Assembly: GCA_964035545.1 (NCBI GenBank)
Contig: OZ037768.1
Coordinates: 8,030,741-8,094,740, forward strand
Source of the DNA: Bugula neritina
Lineage: Eukaryota; Animalia; Bryozoa
Length of the DNA: 64,000 nt
Direction of reading: 5' to 3'
The notes beneath the pieces are model-generated. The model was not told the DNA's origin and made no database searches. It saw nothing but the letters and a program-made list of their open reading frames with translations. Positions 60,587-64,000 of the stretch are shown in pieces. Every line of letters starts with the position of its first letter. Position 1 is the stretch's first letter. The position numbers were made by a program, and so were the translations under genes.

Positions 60587-61675
60587 GACGCAACCAATCA
60601 GGTCTTAGGGAATACTGGTAATTGATCTTGCTTAATCCTAATGTACTGTTCAATGTCTAAAGTGGTTCATTCCTAAATATAATTCAGCTGATTCATGCAT
60701 TCAGTTGCTATCTAGTCTTTCAGTCACAGGTTTGCAGTATTCACCTACACGCATATAATGGGTTTAAATATCTACTCTTTAATATTAGATATTTTTTATG
60801 ATTTTTGAGTATTTTGTTTATATAGGTTTATATCATTCCTTTTTGTTTGGCCCTTTTTGGATAAGGTTGCATATTTGTTTACGTTTGTTTATCTTAGTAC
60901 TACTGCAGCTAAAATCTCACATTATTATTGTACTTACTTTTAATACTTAGCATAATCAAACGCCTTACTATGTCTTAATCATCAAATATTTTGTGCTCAA
61001 TTTGTGATAATTGTAATGCTCTTCAAAACTATATTATTGTAAATCAATTAATTTTCTATTTGAATTATTTTTCAGTAAGTTGAAAATCAAGAAATAAAAT
61101 ATATATTTTTAATAAGCATCATATATTTTTACTCAAATAAACCAAGTAATTACATAACACATTTAATGTTATATTGCTGCAATGCTGGTAGTGATAAACG
61201 GAATTGGTTGTGGAAATACAATTATCAAAAAATTGCTGAAATACCATGTTTTCATCATTCTAGTAGCAAATATCTATAGCAACTTATTACTTTATTTTAT
61301 ACTTTCTGTAAACAAACTCTAAAATCAATAGATTAAAATAAAAATTGCTGACAGAGATGAAAGCACAGAACTGTTGTTAAGTTTAGATCAACAGCTTAGA
61401 CTTTTTGTTGCCTCTCATTAAATTAATAGTTGACTAAAAAACTGGTACAAGATTAGATAACCCACCTATCGCAAGTAAAATTTTACACTATTTAATATAA
61501 TAAAAAAAAAAATACAGCTAATATAAACTTATATTAATCTAGCTCTATGATCTACCTCTATAAAGCCCATATATAAATTTTTCTAATATATTTCATTATG
61601 TGTAACAAAGAAATTTATTAAATAAATGATATTCTTGTAGAATTTCAAAGTTAATAGTTATAGATCTGAAGAAAT

Positions 61676-64000
61676 ATGAACACGCTTAAGCTGTCCAGCT
61701 GCAGGTATATCTTGACGTATAACTATTTATTTCAAAGTTTTGTCGTTATCATGCTTTTATGCAGGCATGTAAGTACATCTACCTTTAATAGTCAAACATT
61801 TTTAAGTAACACTGCTAATGGAAAAGACTATAAAACAAAGTCACCTGCCATTATAAAATTAAAAGTTACTCTATTCTTGGAATCTTTTTCATCAACGTAC
61901 CATGCTTATTATTTTGAAAGCTTCAATCATAGTGACGGCATAAAGAATTTAACAAGATTTATAAATCAAAATGCTACTAATAGTAGCATAATACATATTA
62001 GAATATCAAGATCAGGTTTTAACCCAATGACTTTACAACTCAAACAGTCTCGGCCAATCATATCTGCAGGTTGTGTGGCCAGATACTCCAACAAATCAAA
62101 ACCAATTAAAAATTTCCAAAAGCTGATTCAAGATGGCTGCCATTTTACTGGGAAAGTGTTGGAATATACTAATTCACATGTGTCTGTTAACTTATGTAAT
62201 AAAGTGACCGGAAAAATAAAGTTATTTGAAGAGGCAGCAATCACATCTGCAACATTTCACAAGAATTATTGGAATGCCACCATGGATATATTACACGAAA
62301 GCAATCCGAATTTTACTAAAGTTAAAAATAGAACAAAGAGACAGGTTGATTCGTATTTGGTAACGACAAACTGGTTGAAAACCGGTGCTGTCTACTACAT
62401 TGAAGTTTTTTTGGTAATTGACAAGGGCACGTACAAGAAACAAGGAAGGTCTGTTGATAATTGTTTTCAAGCAGCACAGAACCTTATTCATGGTTCTAAC
62501 GTTTTGATGACCCAAATTGGTCTGTATCTGGTGCTGGTTGGAATTGAAATATGGGACGGAGAAAACAGAATAGAGACGTCACAAAATAATACCCAAACAT
62601 TAGCAAATTTTAATGAATATCAATACAAGTATTTGTATGACAGCGGCGCGTATGACACTGTTGTTTTGTTGTCAGATAAATTAGTAAATTTTCCAAAAAA
62701 TGGGATCACAAACATTGGTCGCATTTGCACAGCTCAATCATCCGGAATTATTTTGAATGCTAAAAAAAATTTGCAATTATCATCAGTTTCTTTAGCTCAT
62801 CAACTCGGTAATCTGCTGGGACTGGCAGACATTCAGTCAAATGAAAGAGATGATTGCGATTGTCCTCGGAAACGAACTTCCAAGTGCATTATGGAAAGTG
62901 AAGTATGTAAGTAAATTATACTTAAAGAGTTAGTAAGTATTGAGTAGATATAAAAGTTATATTTGCTAAAACTAAGGAGCCTGTTTGATTAACTGTAAAT
63001 TCCATTACAAGCAACTAAGCTATATTGAGTAAAGTATAACAAAAGTATGATCAGTTAAATGACAATGACCTCTAATAAATAAATAAATGTTTAATAATCT
63101 TAAAGCATAAACTTATAAAATGAAGCAATAATTATTCAATTAAATCAAACATCTGCACAAGTTTTGATACTCATTTGAAAGGGTTCAAATTTAAATAATG
63201 GTAATGACTGCATGCAATGATATCTATAAATATTTGAATACAGGGAATGAGCCAGGCACAAAAATGCAGCATTGCTGGGTTTTTGAGCTTCTTCATCATT
63301 CTTTACGCCAAAACAGTTCAAGTTACTGCTTTACTGCTGCAGTATATATTTTTTTCAACATTATAATCATAGTGCTTATGTGTTAGGAGGTACAATGCCT
63401 GCCTTCCCAAAAATTTGACAAAGAAGTCATCAGTAAATACTAGACAGAATAAGAGTTTGATACTACCTACTGGTTGTAACAACATGTGTGTAGCCATAGT
63501 GCTATATTCTAAAACATTCCATTTATCTACTTTGCTGCAACAAATTAGGGAAGTCTTAAAAGGTCTTATTTGTTTACAGAATATCTCAACTGTGTTTTGT
63601 ATGCTATAGTGAGTTTTGCAAACTGTTATGTGTTGTAGCATTGTCTTCTGAAAATTGGGTGTGGTCACCTTGTTCACAAAAACTACTAAAAAACATTGTG
63701 CTTACCAAGAAATACTTTGCGGGATGTTTGTCAAATAAACCTGAGTTGTGGTCTCCTGCCTATCAATCTAGCACGTGTGGTAATCACATCATTGAACAAG
63801 GTGGGTTGTAGCTACACACACACACGCACACCCACACACCCACACACACACACACACCCACACACACACGCACGCACGCACATATATATAAAGCTGTACA
63901 ACTGTACTGTATAACATATATAGTAACTATGTTTCACTCTTCAGGAGAGGAATGTGACTGTGGTCCAAGTGAACAATGTGATAGCAAATGCTGCATACCA
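61676..64000 (+). CDS. Divergent non-proteolytic ADAM, copy 7 (5' part; runs off window)
   Basis: Exons 61676-62906, 63639-63800, 63945->64000 with the same intron positions as the other copies. Prodomain CHFTGKV..SVNLC, furin RTKR, YIEVFLVID, degenerate zinc motif HQLGNLLGLAD, CIM, CGNHIIEQ-GEECDCG. Confidence 0.9.
63814..63882. repeat. Degenerate (CA)n microsatellite in intron of copy 7
   Basis: Direct read. Confidence 0.9.

Overview
AT-rich eukaryotic (invertebrate animal; species not identifiable from sequence) genomic window, almost entirely a head-to-tail tandem array of seven spliced ADAM (adamalysin/reprolysin, M12B) genes on the + strand, with a repeat unit of about 9-10 kb. All copies have one ~1.25-1.35 kb coding exon (signal peptide, prodomain, nearly all of the metalloprotease domain) followed by small GT-AG exons. 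Copies 1, 2, 3 and 5 are close paralogues with an intact zinc motif, TM helix and short tail. Copy 4 swaps TM and tail for a tandem-exon mucin-like stalk with a GPI-signal-like end. Copy 6 is a more divergent, probable progenitor with a long Pro-rich tail. Copy 7, cut by the window end, is a catalytically dead pseudo-protease. An intron of copy 2 holds a young Ty3/gypsy (Mag-like) LTR retrotransposon with an internal inverted LTR-PBS-gag patch. That patch carries a different tRNA primer-binding site and creates an ~815-bp inverted repeat. A foldback MITE, tRNA-derived SINEs, short palindromes and microsatellites are also present. Exon coordinates were read by hand and may be off by a few bases.
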